Part shown: positions 38,611 through 48,713 of the stretch, piece after piece | Position numbering within the stretch: the first letter of the stretch is position 1 | Layout of the letters: every line of letters starts with the position of its first letter | Origin: Desulfomonilia bacterium | GTDB lineage: Bacteria; Desulfobacterota; Desulfomonilia; UBA1062 | Direction of reading: 5' to 3' | NCBI GenBank assembly: GCA_963664325.2 | Contig: CAXXDQ010000004.1 | Span: 192,001 to 256,000, forward strand | Length of the DNA: 64,000 nucleotides | The notes under the pieces: model-generated | Told to the model about the DNA's origin: nothing | The model's database searches: none | The model's input: only the letters and a program-made list of their open reading frames with translations | Made by a program: the position numbers and the translations under genes

Positions 38611-40212
38611 CTATTCCCACATATCCGGCATGCCGAAGAAGTAATTGCTCGCACCGATATTCTCGACCGACGTGCCGCTGAACTCCAGGGCATAACTGTC
38701 TGCAATCCCCGATGTGTCCGGTTCGGTGTAGGGATCGGAGAGAAAATCAAAAAGGATGCCGACGCCGATATTCTCAGCCGCAGGCGTGATCCTGCCTTTT
38801 TCAGGGGAAAGGAAAACCACGCCGTGCGCCGCCCAGGGGATAGTGATGAAATACTGGTAAGGTCTGTTCAGGTATTGCCTTGCCCCCAGCGCAAGGGTGA
38901 GCGGTGTGTGTCCGTCTACCGTGCTGTTCATCATGAGTACAGGCCGGCTGTAATCAGGCCTTACGCCGATATAGTGGTCTATGTATGCAGGCCATGTTGT
39001 CCTGTCATATCCGATTCCCGCAATAACAGGGACAAGGTCCTCCGAAAGATAGGCGGCATCGGCAATCGTCTGGGCGGCCCAGGGCGAGATGCCGTTGTAA
39101 AGCTCGGAATTTGTGATGTTGGTGAAAAGCACCGAGGAGTAGAGCTTGTCCGCAGGTCTGAACTCTTCACCTGCGGCGTCTGACTCAACCAGGTCCGGAA
39201 AAAGATGGCCTATAGCGGCCTTATCGCTGTCGCTGCAGCGGTTAAGCCGGTAAATTACAGCCGGAACAAGAGCCCTGGTGTAAACTCCGTTTGCCAGGTA
39301 GGCGAGTTTTCCCCGCAAAGCCTTCCTTGAAATGCCTGCAAAATCCCCGCAGAGCTGTCCGCCGTCTATCTTCGTAAAAACTGCGGCCATTGCGTCCCAT
39401 GGATCAGGGGCGATACCGGAGAGCTTCGAGCTGCATGTGGCGTCGTTCGAGCACTGCTCCATGATCTGCATGCCTTCGTTGTTGAATTCGCTGTCATAGA
39501 CATCGAGCGGCTTTGAATCCGAGGGCACTATGGAATCGATTATCGTGCCGTCAACGCTGTCAGGATAAAGTGTCATAAAGCGCTGCACCAGATACGTGCC
39601 GTATGACACGCCGTATACGAAAACCTTGCCCTGACCCCTTGTAAGAGCAATCGCTGTCATGAGGTCCTTTGCAGCATTCGTTACGTTGAAATCGTCAAGG
39701 TCTCCTCCGATCAGACTCAAAACTTCGCTGCGGCATGCTGCTGCATTTTCAGGCGTCACGCCACCGTCAGGCGCCGCCTGCGGGCATTCCAGGCAGTTTG
39801 AGTTGCCGGTCCCCCTGTGGTCCATGGAATAATAATCCCATTCAGGATGCGCTGCGGCCAGAGGCGGCAGGAGATTGCCGAATGCAACGCTGGAGTCTCC
39901 GGGACCCCCCTGGAGAAACCATACCTGCCCTTTTTTCCGGTCATCCGGCAAAGAGCCTTTGATCCGCCAGATGAAGACATCGATCGTGCCTCCATAAGGT
40001 TTCTCATAATCCTTGGGCACGGTCACGAATGCACACTCTGCATCGCTGGATGTGTTTATGTAGTCAGGGCATGCGCCCCAGACGACTTCGGCCTGGTTTG
40101 TCTGGCTTGTCTGGTTTTCCGAAGATGAACTGCAGCCTGAAGCTGTCATGACGGTTGTATACATAACCATTAAAAATATCAGCGGCCCGAAGTTCAGCGC
40201 CGGTTTCTTCAT
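38611..40212 (-). CDS. Alpha/beta-hydrolase lipoprotein (TAP-like, S33 peptidase family)
   Basis: Lipobox ASG-C, VP.DY, GGPG, DHRGTG, GVSYG, Asp/His triad (DGHTP, AHG). Confidence 0.85.
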   Translation of the reverse strand: MKKPALNFGPLIFLMVMYTTVMTASGCSSSSENQTSQTNQAEVVWGACPDYINTSSDAECAFVTVPKDYEKPYGGTIDVFIWRIKGSLPDDRKKGQVWFLQGGPGDSSVAFGNLLPPLAAAHPEWDYYSMDHRGTGNSNCLECPQAAPDGGVTPENAAACRSEVLSLIGGDLDDFNVTNAAKDLMTAIALTRGQGKVFVYGVSYGTYLVQRFMTLYPDSVDGTIIDSIVPSDSKPLDVYDSEFNNEGMQIMEQCSNDATCSSKLSGIAPDPWDAMAAVFTKIDGGQLCGDFAGISRKALRGKLAYLANGVYTRALVPAVIYRLNRCSDSDKAAIGHLFPDLVESDAAGEEFRPADKLYSSVLFTNITNSELYNGISPWAAQTIADAAYLSEDLVPVIAGIGYDRTTWPAYIDHYIGVRPDYSRPVLMMNSTVDGHTPLTLALGARQYLNRPYQYFITIPWAAHGVVFLSPEKGRITPAAENIGVGILFDFLSDPYTEPDTSGIADSYALEFSGTSVENIGASNYFFGMPDMWE

Positions 40213-40594
40213 GGATACCCCCTCTGTTATATATTTATACCTATCGTTTTTCATGCGTAATTCCTTAACATCTCCCCACCGTTGAGTTCCAACATGGGGA
40301 AAAAGAGAAGATTATTTTAAATGAGAGTTGAGTCATTTTCTTCAGCCACAGGACTAACGGTTACTATGAAGAGCCTCCCCCTTGGGGGTGCTGAGAAACT
40401 GAATGTCACCATATGTCATATGCGCTGATAGAACTGATTTGCAGATTCCACATAATGTCATGCAATCTTAATTTACCGTCAATGTGCATGCAGAGATACA
40501 AATTATAACGGCCCTGTCTCAGGTTTCTTTTCTTTTTTCAGATACAGCCCGGCCTGTAGTTTCCGTTACAAAACCCTGTTTACGCCCCTGCTAT

Positions 40595-42100
40595 TTATTG
40601 ATCAAGCATACCGCCACGGAGGCGGTAATATCTGGAAACCGATGAAACAGCGCGAAGCGCGTTTTTCACATCGTCAAATACAGGCATGCCTGCATCGGTG
40701 AACAGGCGGCGGGCCTCTCGGATGACCTCTTCGATCTCGATGGCGTCCTCCTCCTGCTTGTAGTTCGGCAGAACCAGCACAACAGGCTTTCCTCCCTTTT
40801 CGGCGGCATCCCGGCACGCTTCTGCGAATTCCTTGCACGGGGTCACGTCGCGGAGTCTGCCCGCGCCCATGGCGTTCTTAAGCGACTTGTAATGATAAAG
40901 GAGCATGATCACGATGTGAATGTCCACATTCTCGTCTCTCGCGGCGTTCATCAGGGCTTCCCTGATGCTTCCGGGCCCGACGAGGGGGTTCGCTACATCA
41001 ACGGGATTTGCGGCGCTGGAGCCGGGTCTGGGCAAAACCTTCAATATCTCATCCTGCAGGTCCTCCCTCAGCCTCGGCACGGCCAGGCCGAAAGATTCCG
41101 CCGCGTCGGCGGCCGCTATGCCCAGGGCCCCGCCCCCGCCCACGATACAGCATCCCGTATACTCGCGTTCAGGCAGCATGGAAAACGCCAGCGCCGCATC
41201 GCTCATCTCCTCCAGGTTCTCCACCAGGGTTGCGCGGCTTTGTCTGAGGGCCACCTCCCAGATGATCCTCTGTCCGCCGAGCGAGGCCGTGTGGCTTGCC
41301 GCCGCTCTGCTTCCTGATTCGGAAAGTCCGCCCTTTATCACGATGACAGGCTTGATTGCTGCCGTTTCCTTGAGCGCGGAAAAAAACGCGCGGCCGTTTG
41401 AGACCCCTTCGATATACATGCAGACCACTTTGGTCTCGCTGTCACGGCGCAGGTATTTCAGCATTTCGGTTTCCCTGAGGTCGCAGCCGTTTCCAAAACT
41501 TACGACCTTGGAAAATTTAAAACCCCGCCACTTTCCCATATGGCCGAAATCTACCGAAAGGCCGCCGCTCTGCGATAAAAATGCCACACCGCCGGTTTCC
41601 CTTGAAAGGTCGGGGCCGGGCAACATGGTGAGTCCCGATTTCGGGCAGTAGATACCGAAGCAGTTGGGTCCGATCACCCTGATCCCCTTTTCCGATACCG
41701 CGCGTAACCCCTCTTCGAGTGCCGTCCCTTCCCTTGTGCCTATCTCGCTGAATCCGGATGAAAGTATCTCGGCGGCCACGGCGCCCTTTTTCCGGCAGGC
41801 GTCGAGCGCCTCGGAGACGAACTGTGCGGGCACCGCGATTATGGCGAAATCGATCTTGTCCGGTATGGCCTCAACGGAAGGGTAAACGGTCATTCCACCG
41901 ACAGAGCCGCCCCGCCTGTTCACGGGATAAATCTTCCCGGCAAAGCCTATCGAGAGAAGTGAAAGCATAATGCCCCGGCCGAAACCGAATCCTTCCGTGG
42001 AGACCCCGACAATTGCAACACTCCCCGGGGAGAACATCCTTTCAAAATCCTCGAACTCTTCCGGCGCTGTCCGCGTAGCTAAAACATCCTCTCTGCCCAT
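40595..42100 (-). CDS. NDP-forming acyl-CoA synthetase alpha-type (CoA-binding) subunit
   Basis: VAIVGVS, GPNCFG, SQSGG, SHTASL (phospho-His), NPVD. Confidence 0.88.
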   Translation of the reverse strand: MGREDVLATRTAPEEFEDFERMFSPGSVAIVGVSTEGFGFGRGIMLSLLSIGFAGKIYPVNRRGGSVGGMTVYPSVEAIPDKIDFAIIAVPAQFVSEALDACRKKGAVAAEILSSGFSEIGTREGTALEEGLRAVSEKGIRVIGPNCFGIYCPKSGLTMLPGPDLSRETGGVAFLSQSGGLSVDFGHMGKWRGFKFSKVVSFGNGCDLRETEMLKYLRRDSETKVVCMYIEGVSNGRAFFSALKETAAIKPVIVIKGGLSESGSRAAASHTASLGGQRIIWEVALRQSRATLVENLEEMSDAALAFSMLPEREYTGCCIVGGGGALGIAAADAAESFGLAVPRLREDLQDEILKVLPRPGSSAANPVDVANPLVGPGSIREALMNAARDENVDIHIVIMLLYHYKSLKNAMGAGRLRDVTPCKEFAEACRDAAEKGGKPVVLVLPNYKQEEDAIEIEEVIREARRLFTDAGMPVFDDVKNALRAVSSVSRYYRLRGGMLDQ

Positions 42101-42250
42101 AAGTATTTCACCTTTCAATCAAACTCTTCCGACTGCATTAACCGTGCAGGCTTCAATCCGTCTTTCTTTACCCGGGAACTGCCTTCAGGAAAAAAGCAAT
42201 CCGGCAGGCAAAGCCCGGGCAAGCTGAGCCGTGTACGCCGGATATCTTTT

Positions 42251-43474
42251 TCAGGCCTCTTTTCTTTTCTTAAGATCCAGCGCGGCCTTCAGGCCTTTTT
42301 CGCGTATCACCTTTATCTTGAGCCCGGTCTCGGTCAGCCTGAAAAAGCGTTTGCCGTATTTTCTGAGCAGCCTTTCATTGATCTCAAAACCGAGCCCCGG
42401 TTTTCTGAACGGCTCCAGCATGGCGTTTTTATCAGGTATGATCGGCGCGATTATCCCTTCCCTGAATTCCGGAATCCATGAAGGCTCCTCGAGCGGGTAT
42501 TCAAGCGGCAGCATATTTCCCGGGTCGGCCAGCACCATGTTCCAGTTCACATAAAAACCGATGCCGTTCGTCCATGTGTGCGGGGAATATTCCCGGCCCT
42601 TTTCCCTGCAGGCGTCGATAACTTTTTTCACCTGCGCGATGCCGCCTGCAAAAGTGGCGTCGGGCTGATATACATGGAAGCAGTCCTTTTCGAGCATTAT
42701 CTTTATCTCGTCCCACCCGTAATTGAGTTCGGCGCCGGAGATTTTTATCCGCGAAACCTTTTTAAGCGCCGCATTGGCATCATAATCACGCGACTCAAGC
42801 GGCTCCTCAAGCCAGACAAGGCCGTTGGCATGGCAGGCCTCGGCAAATTCGATTGCGCGCTTTAAATCCCAGTTGGGAATCTTGTCAACAATTGAAACAG
42901 GCCATCCCTGGTTGGCATCCACACCCAGACGCATTTTATCCCCGAGCCCCTTTGAAACGGTTTCTATATGGCGGATGTCGTCCTTGAGCTCCCTGTTTTT
43001 CACCCTCAGCTTGGCGGTCCTGTAGCCGCGCTCTTTCATGGCCAGAAGTTCGTCAATTCTTTTGTGAGGATCGTGCATCTCTCCGGTCGAGCAGTACACC
43101 TCTATCGGCCGTGCGGCCCCGCCCAGCAGCTCGTAAACGGGCTTTCCCTGAGCCTTGCCCATGATATCCCAGCATGCGGGCTCTATCCAGAAGTTGCGCC
43201 AGCCCAGAATGCCCGCCTGCTTGAGCAGGTCCTGGGCCCGTTCTATATCGGTCGGATCGGCACCCATAAGGTATGAGCCCAGCAGATCTCCCAGGCCTTC
43301 GCGCTCATGGCCCATGGCCGAGCCTGCGCCGTAGCCCTCGATGCCGTCATCGGTTATCAGCTTGATCAGGGTAAACCTGTTGTGGGTCTGCGGATAGCCT
43401 GGAATCCAGGTCGGCCAGAAGGTGGCCTTCAGCGGAACGGATACATGCCACAGTTCGATGATCTTGATTTTCAT
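42251..43474 (-). CDS. Mandelate racemase/muconate lactonizing (enolase superfamily) enzyme
   Basis: WDIMGK..GKPVY.LLGG, KLR, VDANQ, WLEEP, QPD, PH. Confidence 0.88.
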   Translation of the reverse strand: MKIKIIELWHVSVPLKATFWPTWIPGYPQTHNRFTLIKLITDDGIEGYGAGSAMGHEREGLGDLLGSYLMGADPTDIERAQDLLKQAGILGWRNFWIEPACWDIMGKAQGKPVYELLGGAARPIEVYCSTGEMHDPHKRIDELLAMKERGYRTAKLRVKNRELKDDIRHIETVSKGLGDKMRLGVDANQGWPVSIVDKIPNWDLKRAIEFAEACHANGLVWLEEPLESRDYDANAALKKVSRIKISGAELNYGWDEIKIMLEKDCFHVYQPDATFAGGIAQVKKVIDACREKGREYSPHTWTNGIGFYVNWNMVLADPGNMLPLEYPLEEPSWIPEFREGIIAPIIPDKNAMLEPFRKPGLGFEINERLLRKYGKRFFRLTETGLKIKVIREKGLKAALDLKKRKEA

Positions 43475-43614
43475 AGTAACATCCTCCTGAAAATACGTAT
43501 AATATACACTGGAAAATTTTTATAAAGTTATTTTCCTTGGATTAAGTAATATATTCTTATATGGTTTGAGAATTCAATTTATGCCGTCTGGCAAAAAACA
43601 TGGGAGGTGAATGT

Positions 43615-44946
43615 ATGCTGTCATGCAAAAGCAAGAATGATGTCTTTGCTGCCGTAAAGGAGTTTAATGTAAGCTTCATACAGTTCTGGTTCACCGATGT
43701 CCTGGGCAGGCTCAAGAGCTTCAGCGTCACGCCGTCCGAGCTCGAAGAGGGCATGGAAGAGGGCATGGGATTCGACGGTTCTTCCATTGAGGGTTTCGCC
43801 CGCATCCAGGAAAGCGACATGATTGCAAAAGCCGACCCGGAAACCTTTCAGCTCATTGCATGGCGGCAGTTTGACAGACCTGTTGCGAGGATGTTCTGCG
43901 ATATAGTAAATCCAGACGGCAAGCCATATGACGGATGTCCCCGCTGGGCTTTGAAGCGGATACTGAAAAAGGCTTCGTCAATGGGATACAAGGTCCTGAT
44001 GGGCCCGGAGCTTGAATACTTCTACTTTGCCAGCGAAAAGAATCCCGAGACCATAGACAAGGCCGGCTATTTTGACGGTCTGCCCATCGACCTGGGCATT
44101 GACATCAGGCGCGATACTATATTCGCCCTGCAGAAAATGGGGATAGAGGTCGAATACAGCCACCACGAGGTAGCGCCTTCACAGCACGAGATCGATCTCA
44201 AATACAGGGAAGCGCTTGTAATGGCGGATATCGTCATGACCTACCGGACAACGGTAAAGGAGATCGCCCGGCAGAAAGGCGTCTATGCCACGTTCATGCC
44301 GAAGCCCATTTTCGGGGAAAACGGCTCTGGCATGCACGTCCACCAGTCGCTTTTCAAGGATGGCAAAAACGCGTTTTTCGAAGAAAAGGATAAGTACCAC
44401 CTCTCGACAGTCGGCAAGCAGTACATAGCGGGAATCCTTACCCACGCGCCTGAGATTACCGCCGTCTGCAACCAGTGGATCAACTCGTACAAAAGGCTTG
44501 TCCCAGGCTATGAGGCACCTGTATATGTGTCATGGGCGCGCCGGAACCGTTCGGCCATGGTAAGGGTTCCCATGTACAAGCCAGGCAAGGCCAACGCCAC
44601 CCGCATGGAATACCGCTCGCCCGACCCCGCCTGCAACCCGTATCTTGCATTTGCGGTAATGCTCGCCGCAGGCCTCAAGGGCATTGAAGGCAAATACAAA
44701 CTCCCGGCCCCTGTCGAGGAGGACATCTTTGAAATGGATGAAGAGGAACGCACCAAAGCAGGCATCATCTCGCTGCCGGGCAGCCTGCATGAGGCTGTCT
44801 GCGAACTGCAGAAGAGCAAGCTCGTCCGCGAAACCCTTGGAGACCACATTTTCAATAAATTCATAGAAAACAAAAAAAAGGAATGGGACGCATTCAGAAC
44901 CCATGTAAGCAGGTTCGAGATAGAAAACTACCTGCCGGTGCTGTAA
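43615..44946 (+). CDS. glnA: Glutamine synthetase type I family
   Basis: FDGSSIEG, GPELEY, HHEVAPSQHEI, FMPKP..GENGSGMH, NSYKRLVPGYEAP, RMEYRSPD. Confidence 0.93.
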   Translation: MLSCKSKNDVFAAVKEFNVSFIQFWFTDVLGRLKSFSVTPSELEEGMEEGMGFDGSSIEGFARIQESDMIAKADPETFQLIAWRQFDRPVARMFCDIVNPDGKPYDGCPRWALKRILKKASSMGYKVLMGPELEYFYFASEKNPETIDKAGYFDGLPIDLGIDIRRDTIFALQKMGIEVEYSHHEVAPSQHEIDLKYREALVMADIVMTYRTTVKEIARQKGVYATFMPKPIFGENGSGMHVHQSLFKDGKNAFFEEKDKYHLSTVGKQYIAGILTHAPEITAVCNQWINSYKRLVPGYEAPVYVSWARRNRSAMVRVPMYKPGKANATRMEYRSPDPACNPYLAFAVMLAAGLKGIEGKYKLPAPVEEDIFEMDEEERTKAGIISLPGSLHEAVCELQKSKLVRETLGDHIFNKFIENKKKEWDAFRTHVSRFEIENYLPVL

Positions 44947-44956
44947 AAAACAAAAG

Positions 44957-44980
44957 CGGGACAGGTTCCGGCCTGTCCCG
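44957..44980. terminator. Stem-loop after glnA
   Basis: CGGGACAGG/CCTGTCCCG 9-bp stem preceded by an A-rich run. Confidence 0.6.
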
Positions 44981-45166
44981 TCCGCATCGATATCATCCGC
45001 CATCCCTTTAACGGGCGGGTTTCTGAAAACATTGATTTAGTGTCCTTCTGGATATGTGGCTGATAAGGTATTTCGCACCATTTTATCAGGATTTTCCCCC
45101 TTGTTAATATATGCGGAACCCCCGATAGTAATAATCAAGTTTTTTACCCAAAAGTAACCTCCTTCC

Positions 45167-45198
45167 AGCCAGGCGCCTATAAGCCTGGCTATTTTTTT
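45167..45198 (+). terminator. Rho-independent terminator (orphan)
   Basis: AGCCAGGC/GCCTGGCT stem followed by ATTTTTTT. Confidence 0.7.
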
Positions 45199-45421
45199 AT
45201 CTACTCATCCTCCCCACATACACCTCGGAATACTTCCTTATGCTCACCAAAATTCCTGATACACTCATCCACAAGCGGCCTGTTTACCTTCAGTGTATCT
45301 TGGAGTCAGGTCCTGTTATTTGCTTACTATCCTCATTCAGTCGTTTAATGTGCCTGCTTATCGTCAAGGGTTTTTCATTATCAAGTCATGTGCCCCTTTC
45401 GCGTAATTGGGGGAGGGTATT

Positions 45422-46150
45422 TCAGAAAAACCGGCCCTTTACCAGGGCGTGTCCAAGTACAAAAAAACACAGCGCATCGATCACCGAGAAGATGCCGACA
45501 CCGGCCCAGGCCCAGGTCGTCAGCTGAACATTCAGCACACGGGTTTTCTCGTGGAGGGTATCGGCAATATCGTCCGTCCGTTTGCGGACATACAGGTAGG
45601 CGGCCAGTACCGCAAGCATGGGAAGCGCATAACCGATGTTATAGAGCAGAATATTTATGATTGCGCCATGGATGCTCAAACGAAGCGCTGCATACTTTCC
45701 AAGGGCAATTATATACGGGATGGAAAGAGGAAATGATGATACGGAAATAAACGCCCCGAGGCCAAAGGCGAAAAAGCCGTTCATGGACTTCAGTTTTGAT
45801 ACTATTAGATTCTGGGAGCGGCCCGGAGGTGCATGCCTTTTTTTGCGGAAATACCAGACCCCGATGAGAATCATTATAATACCGGAAATAAGCTCAGACT
45901 GATAATATACAGAATTCGGAATGTTTTGCGTTGAAGGGAAATACCTGCCAAGGATCAGGTGCAGCTGGTCAAGCGCCAGATAACCTCCGACGCCGCATGC
46001 AAAGTAAGCCCCGCTCAAACCGGCAAGGTAAGAGAGACTGTTTCGTAACGGCCTTATGGTTGTAAGCAGCAGAACAAATATAATGATTTGTTGCGTTGTG
46101 GAAAGGCTGTCGAACAAGGATAGCGACAAAGTGAATGGAATCGTACTCAT
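45422..46150 (-). CDS. GAP/Sap-like (LysE-superfamily) membrane protein
   Basis: Six hydrophobic segments, DSLS, IPY, LYN...LP. Confidence 0.65.
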   Translation of the reverse strand: MSTIPFTLSLSLFDSLSTTQQIIIFVLLLTTIRPLRNSLSYLAGLSGAYFACGVGGYLALDQLHLILGRYFPSTQNIPNSVYYQSELISGIIMILIGVWYFRKKRHAPPGRSQNLIVSKLKSMNGFFAFGLGAFISVSSFPLSIPYIIALGKYAALRLSIHGAIINILLYNIGYALPMLAVLAAYLYVRKRTDDIADTLHEKTRVLNVQLTTWAWAGVGIFSVIDALCFFVLGHALVKGRFF

Positions 46151-46474
46151 AATTGGTCTGTGCCGACAATTTTTACTATCTAAGGTCAAGAAAAGCAACT
46201 GATCAGTAAAAGAACTTCCGGGCATGATTAAGACCTGTTATCATATCGTTTCATATTCGTAATGCAAACATCGTATCAGCTCGGGCAGTACGGCCCTTTC
46301 TGCAGGAGCCCCAAGCTGCCGTCATTCGCCATCCTGCCCGCATGCTCCTCAGGATATCAACCATCTCTTTCCCGAACATGCCATAGCCGGTGAGACACTT
46401 TTCAGGATCAGCGGAACTGCCTTGTGTTCAGATATCTCTTGCCCTTTGGGAAAAGCCGCTTTATTTAACACTTC

Positions 46475-46726
46475 ATGGATTTCAGAACCTACAAATGCGC
46501 ATGGTGCGCTTTGAATGCCGGGCCTGTTGAAAAGTGCGCGGCATGCCCAAAATATATCAAGATAACTGGCAATAATGGCCGCCAGCTTTTTGCTTCCGAT
46601 TTCTGCAGCATATGCATCAACCGGGACAATGAAGACCTGAAAATATACTGTGAGAGAAACCGCTTTTTCCAGCGGGAGCCTGTTCCCGGTGAAGACTTCG
46701 ACTGTTACAAATACCGTCCCGGATGA
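46475..46726 (+). CDS. Small Cys-rich putative metal-binding protein
   Basis: CAWC, CAAC, CSIC plus 2 further Cys; ATGA overlap with the NUDIX gene. Confidence 0.65.
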   Translation: MDFRTYKCAWCALNAGPVEKCAACPKYIKITGNNGRQLFASDFCSICINRDNEDLKIYCERNRFFQREPVPGEDFDCYKYRPG

Positions 46727-47142
46727 ATGCCCGAGATATGAAGGAAACGCATGTCATAACTGTTTTCCTTATACACCGGGGAAAGATCGCCCTCCTCAGA
46801 AGAAGCGATAAAGTCGGCACGTACAAAGGCTGCTTCTCAGGTATAAGCGGCTATCTAGAAGGTGATCCTGACGAGCATTTCCGGACCGAACTGAGGGAGG
46901 AAACCGCTCTTCAGCCGGAAGATTACATACTGCTGAAAAAAGGAGGCCCTGTCAGGGTGATCGATGAGAACCTGGGTAAGACATGGGTGGTTCATCCATA
47001 CCTGTGCGAGGTCAGGGACCCTTCAAAAATAAAACTTGACTGGGAAAATACCGAACTCATATGGATCGATCCCCGGGATATGGCGGATTATGACACGGTG
47101 CCCGCACTGAAAGAGGCCTTTGACGAGGTTTTTGCCGCATGA
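46723..47142 (+). CDS. NUDIX hydrolase
   Basis: SGYLE...TELREET Nudix-like box; LDWEN. Confidence 0.85.
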   Translation: MNARDMKETHVITVFLIHRGKIALLRRSDKVGTYKGCFSGISGYLEGDPDEHFRTELREETALQPEDYILLKKGGPVRVIDENLGKTWVVHPYLCEVRDPSKIKLDWENTELIWIDPRDMADYDTVPALKEAFDEVFAA

Positions 47143-47233
47143 CCAGCAGGTGTTTTTTCTCCCCGAACTATGTGTTGATGGTTTTAAGAAAAATAAGTGT
47201 ATAATATGCATCAATATTTCATTTGAGGTGTGT

Positions 47234-48709
47234 ATGAACATATACGGTTTTGTTGAAGAGAACTTCAAGCTGAGACCAGATAAGACCGCCATAATGACAA
47301 AAGACCGGGAAATTTCCTATGCCGAGCTGACAACCCTGACAAGAACCCTTGGAACAAAGCTGAGAAAGGCCGGCATAGACTTCGGCGACCACATTACACT
47401 CATGCTCCCCAACATACCGGAATTCATCATTTCCTATATGGCCACCGCAGGCATCGGGGCGACCATTGTTCCCGTGAACCCGACATACACGTCAAGGGAG
47501 CTTCTTCATATCCTCTCTGACTCCGATTCAAAGGCCCTGATTATCGAGGCGTCAAACATTGACACCTATCTTGAAGCCAGGGAAAAACATCCGCTTAAAA
47601 TTATAATTACAACCGGGGAGAACGGAAATTTCAATGAATGGATTACCGGCAGCAGCCAGCCGATACTTGTTGAAACCGATAAGGATGATGTGGCGTCAAT
47701 GGTCTATTCCTCGGGGCTTACGGGTTATCCTATGGGCGCCCAGCTCACCCACAGGAACCTCGACCACAATTCGGGGCTCATGGAAAGGCATTATAACGGG
47801 ACTGACAAAGAAATGTCCCTCACCGTCATCCCATGCTTTCACTCGTTCAGCGCCAGCATAAACATGCTCAGCCTCTTAAGGCTTGGCGGCACGGTGTATC
47901 TCATGAAAAGGCCGGACTTCAAGGAGATGTGCCAGGCCATAAGCCATGCCGGAATCACGAACATCAGCGCCGTCCCGACACTCTACTTCGGCCTTGTAAA
48001 CCATCCGGATGTCCAGAATATCTCCTATCCGGATATCCGGTTTCTCATAGCCGGGGGCTCTGCCCTTTCCATGGAGATATACAACGCCTTCAAGGAAAAG
48101 ACCGGCCTTGAGATAATGCAGGGATACGGCATAACAGAGGCATCCCCCGTTTGCTCGGTCAACAGGATATACGGCATCAACAAGCCGGAGTCGATAGGAC
48201 CGCCGGTTTACGATGTTGAAGCAAGAATCATTGACGAAAACGGCAATATCCTGCCCCCCGGAGAGCATGGCGAGATCCTCTTCAAAGGGCCCAATATCAT
48301 GAAGGGCTATTACAAGAGGCCTGCGGAAACAGCGGAAATAATCAAGGACGGCTGGCTCCACACGGGAGACCTGGGCTATCTGGATAAAGACGGCTACGTA
48401 TATATTAACGGATACAAAAAGGATATGATCATTACTTCGGGATTCAATGTCTACTGCAGGGAAGTCCAAAATGTACTTGAAGAAATGCCAGGGATAAAGG
48501 ATTCGGCTATAACCGGCGTACCCGACCTGATGCGCGGGGCCGTTATCAAGGCATATGTCGTCAGCGACAATTCCAACCTGACCGATAATGAGGTAAAACT
48601 ATACGCCAGAAAGCGCCTTGCCCCGTACAAGACCCCGAGGATAGTCGTATTTGTGGACAAAATCCCAAGGGATGAAAAAGGCAAACCCCAATTTCAAATG
48701 ATGCCTTAG
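47234..48709 (+). CDS. Long-chain fatty acid-CoA ligase (ANL family)
   Basis: YSSGLTGYPMG (variant A3), QGYGITE, TGDLG, YKTP; RBS GAGGTG. Confidence 0.88.
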   Translation: MNIYGFVEENFKLRPDKTAIMTKDREISYAELTTLTRTLGTKLRKAGIDFGDHITLMLPNIPEFIISYMATAGIGATIVPVNPTYTSRELLHILSDSDSKALIIEASNIDTYLEAREKHPLKIIITTGENGNFNEWITGSSQPILVETDKDDVASMVYSSGLTGYPMGAQLTHRNLDHNSGLMERHYNGTDKEMSLTVIPCFHSFSASINMLSLLRLGGTVYLMKRPDFKEMCQAISHAGITNISAVPTLYFGLVNHPDVQNISYPDIRFLIAGGSALSMEIYNAFKEKTGLEIMQGYGITEASPVCSVNRIYGINKPESIGPPVYDVEARIIDENGNILPPGEHGEILFKGPNIMKGYYKRPAETAEIIKDGWLHTGDLGYLDKDGYVYINGYKKDMIITSGFNVYCREVQNVLEEMPGIKDSAITGVPDLMRGAVIKAYVVSDNSNLTDNEVKLYARKRLAPYKTPRIVVFVDKIPRDEKGKPQFQMMP

Positions 48710-48713
48710 CATT

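Noticed and set aside
38417-38620. 148-aa N-terminal extension of the peptide ORF
   Set aside because: It overlaps the upstream gene end, and a strong RBS points to the internal GTG at 38416
40370-40450. TPP riboswitch-like GGGGTGCTGAGA
   Set aside because: The downstream CCTGA...AATxCxxGCGxAGG elements are missing, and no thiamine gene follows on that strand
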